DNA from: an uncultured Actinomycetota bacterium
GTDB lineage: Bacteria > Actinomycetota > Actinomycetes > Mycobacteriales > Micromonosporaceae
NCBI GenBank assembly: GCA_963850915.1
Contig: CAWKND010000005.1
Span: 559,621 to 623,620 of the forward strand
DNA: 64,000 nt
Direction: 5' to 3'
The notes below the pieces were generated by a model. That model had not been told where the DNA came from. It saw nothing but the letters and a program-made list of their open reading frames with translations, and made no database searches. How positions within the stretch are numbered: the stretch's first letter is position 1; each line of letters begins with the position of its first letter. The position numbers and the translations under genes are program-made. Positions 63,210 through 64,000 of the stretch are shown here, piece after piece.

Positions 63210-64000
63210 TCACCCCATCTCCCAGCGGACGCCCGGACCCTCGGATCCGGACGGGTACTCGACGCGGCGGGCGTGGAAGTCGCCGCCGGACAGCAGTGCC
63301 ACCACGCGATGCCCGTTGCTCTGCGCCGCGAGCTGGTCGCGGCAGTCGCGGACCACGCCCCACAGCAGCGCCTCCTCGTGCGGCGGCGGGAAACTGACCC
63401 GCAGGCCGAGCGCGCGGGCCTGGTCGCGGGTGATCGCGTAGTCGTGCGCGTGGAAGCCGGAGACCAGCCGGTCGACGATCGCGTCCCGGTGCGCCTGGTC
63501 AGCCTCCGGGAGCTGGTGCGCCAGCAGCTCGGCGGCGCTGTCCCGGATGAGCCGGTCGGCGCGGTAGAAGGCGCCGAGGGTACCGGGAAAGACCCGCTGT
63601 GCCAGCAGGGCCAACACCTGCAGCCGGTCCTCGTCGCGCTCGACGCCGAACCAGTCGCGCGCCATCGCCCGGAACGCGCGCACGTCCTCGCCGGACAGGA
63701 TTCCCGGCTCCCCGGGTCGGCCGCCACTGCCGGCGGCCGAGCCGATCTGCGGGTCCAGTGGCCCGAGTTCGGCCAGCGGCCCGAGTACGATCTCGTGCGC
63801 CCCCAGGCACAGCAGCGTCCCCGCCGAGCGCGCCCGATGCGCCACGAGTACGGTCAGCCGGTCGGTGTACCCGTGCAGCAGCAGTGCCAGTCGCCGTGCG
63901 GCGGCCGGGTTCCCGCCGTTGGTGGCGAGTACCAGATCGAGCCGGGGTACGTGCCCCACCCGGCGCAGGTGCTCGTACATCACCCGCGGGGCGTCCTGGT
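63210..64000 (-). CDS. SDH-family Clp-fold serine proteinase (S49/ClpP-like). The N-terminus lies beyond the window.
   Basis: Text LDLVLATNGGNPAAARRLA, RSAGTLLCLGAHEIVLGP and LGPLDPQ is typical of the family. The frame stays open upstream of the listed GTG 63983 to the window edge (..QDAPRVMYEHL). Confidence 0.65.
   Translation of the reverse strand, partial: QDAPRVMYEHLRRVGHVPRLDLVLATNGGNPAAARRLALLLHGYTDRLTVLVAHRARSAGTLLCLGAHEIVLGPLAELGPLDPQIGSAAGSGGRPGEPGILSGEDVRAFRAMARDWFGVERDEDRLQVLALLAQRVFPGTLGAFYRADRLIRDSAAELLAHQLPEADQAHRDAIVDRLVSGFHAHDYAITRDQARALGLRVSFPPPHEEALLWGVVRDCRDQLAAQSNGHRVVALLSGGDFHARRVEYPSGSEGPGVRWEMG

Noticed and set aside
1-64000. A mobile element, prophage, integrative island, tRNA, rRNA or CRISPR-Cas locus.
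   Set aside because: I recognised no integrase, transposase, recombinase, phage structural or cas-like text in any frame. No tRNA-like cloverleaf candidates appear in the few non-coding gaps, and no long inverted or direct terminal repeats were noticed. This is by-eye scanning only, so tRNAscan and Infernal runs would be needed for certainty.

Overview
This is a very GC-rich, actinomycete-type chromosomal segment, judged by eye from strong G/C bias at third codon positions. It is densely coding, with about 57 protein genes. I saw no rRNA, tRNA, CRISPR array, transposase, integrase or phage genes. All family calls come from motif recognition by eye, because no BLAST or HMM search could be run.

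Contents in order:
1. A decayed secreted GH59-like gene with a ricin lectin tail, running off the 5-prime edge.
2. A GntR-linked operon at 3.5-15.4 kb. It holds an enolase-superfamily enzyme, a Dpp-type ABC importer with a fused double ATPase, a class-V PLP enzyme, two dehydrogenases and an S9 peptidase. A convergent FAH-family gene shares the same promoter/operator layout.
3. DedA and MFS genes.
4. A LacI-headed minus-strand operon with an FAD oxidoreductase, a second Dpp-type importer and a DapA-family aldolase. It is divergent from an operon with a secreted Asp-box sialidase-fold enzyme, a second enolase-superfamily enzyme, a 2-hydroxyacid dehydrogenase and a second DapA-family aldolase.
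5. A MerR regulator, a VOC-deaminase fusion and an LLM oxidoreductase.
6. A TMEM97/EXPERA-like membrane protein beside an MMPL transporter.
7. A classical galactan (gan-like) locus with GH53, GH42, a CUT1 ABC importer, LacI and DeoR regulators, and four recognisable operators.
8. A lipoprotein, a small ORF, a LAL-type LuxR regulator and a repeat-built protein of unknown function.
9. DUF4235, a small protein and YihY.
10. TetR-MMPL, GNAT, SRPBCC and a second TetR.
11. A six-gene minus-strand operon that runs off the 3-prime edge: Clp-fold SDH protease, MauE, a MauD/TlpA-like thioredoxin, a methyltransferase, an ABC exporter and NADAR.

Ten reading-frame breaks affect five genes, and all lie in the first 37 kb. 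I found no clear known defence system. The most unusual candidates are the truncated MauE/MauD/protease/exporter operon, the non-canonical sialidase-centred supercluster and the VOC-deaminase fusion.

The supplied ORF track appears to omit ORFs that run off a window edge. It also translates GTG and TTG starts as M.
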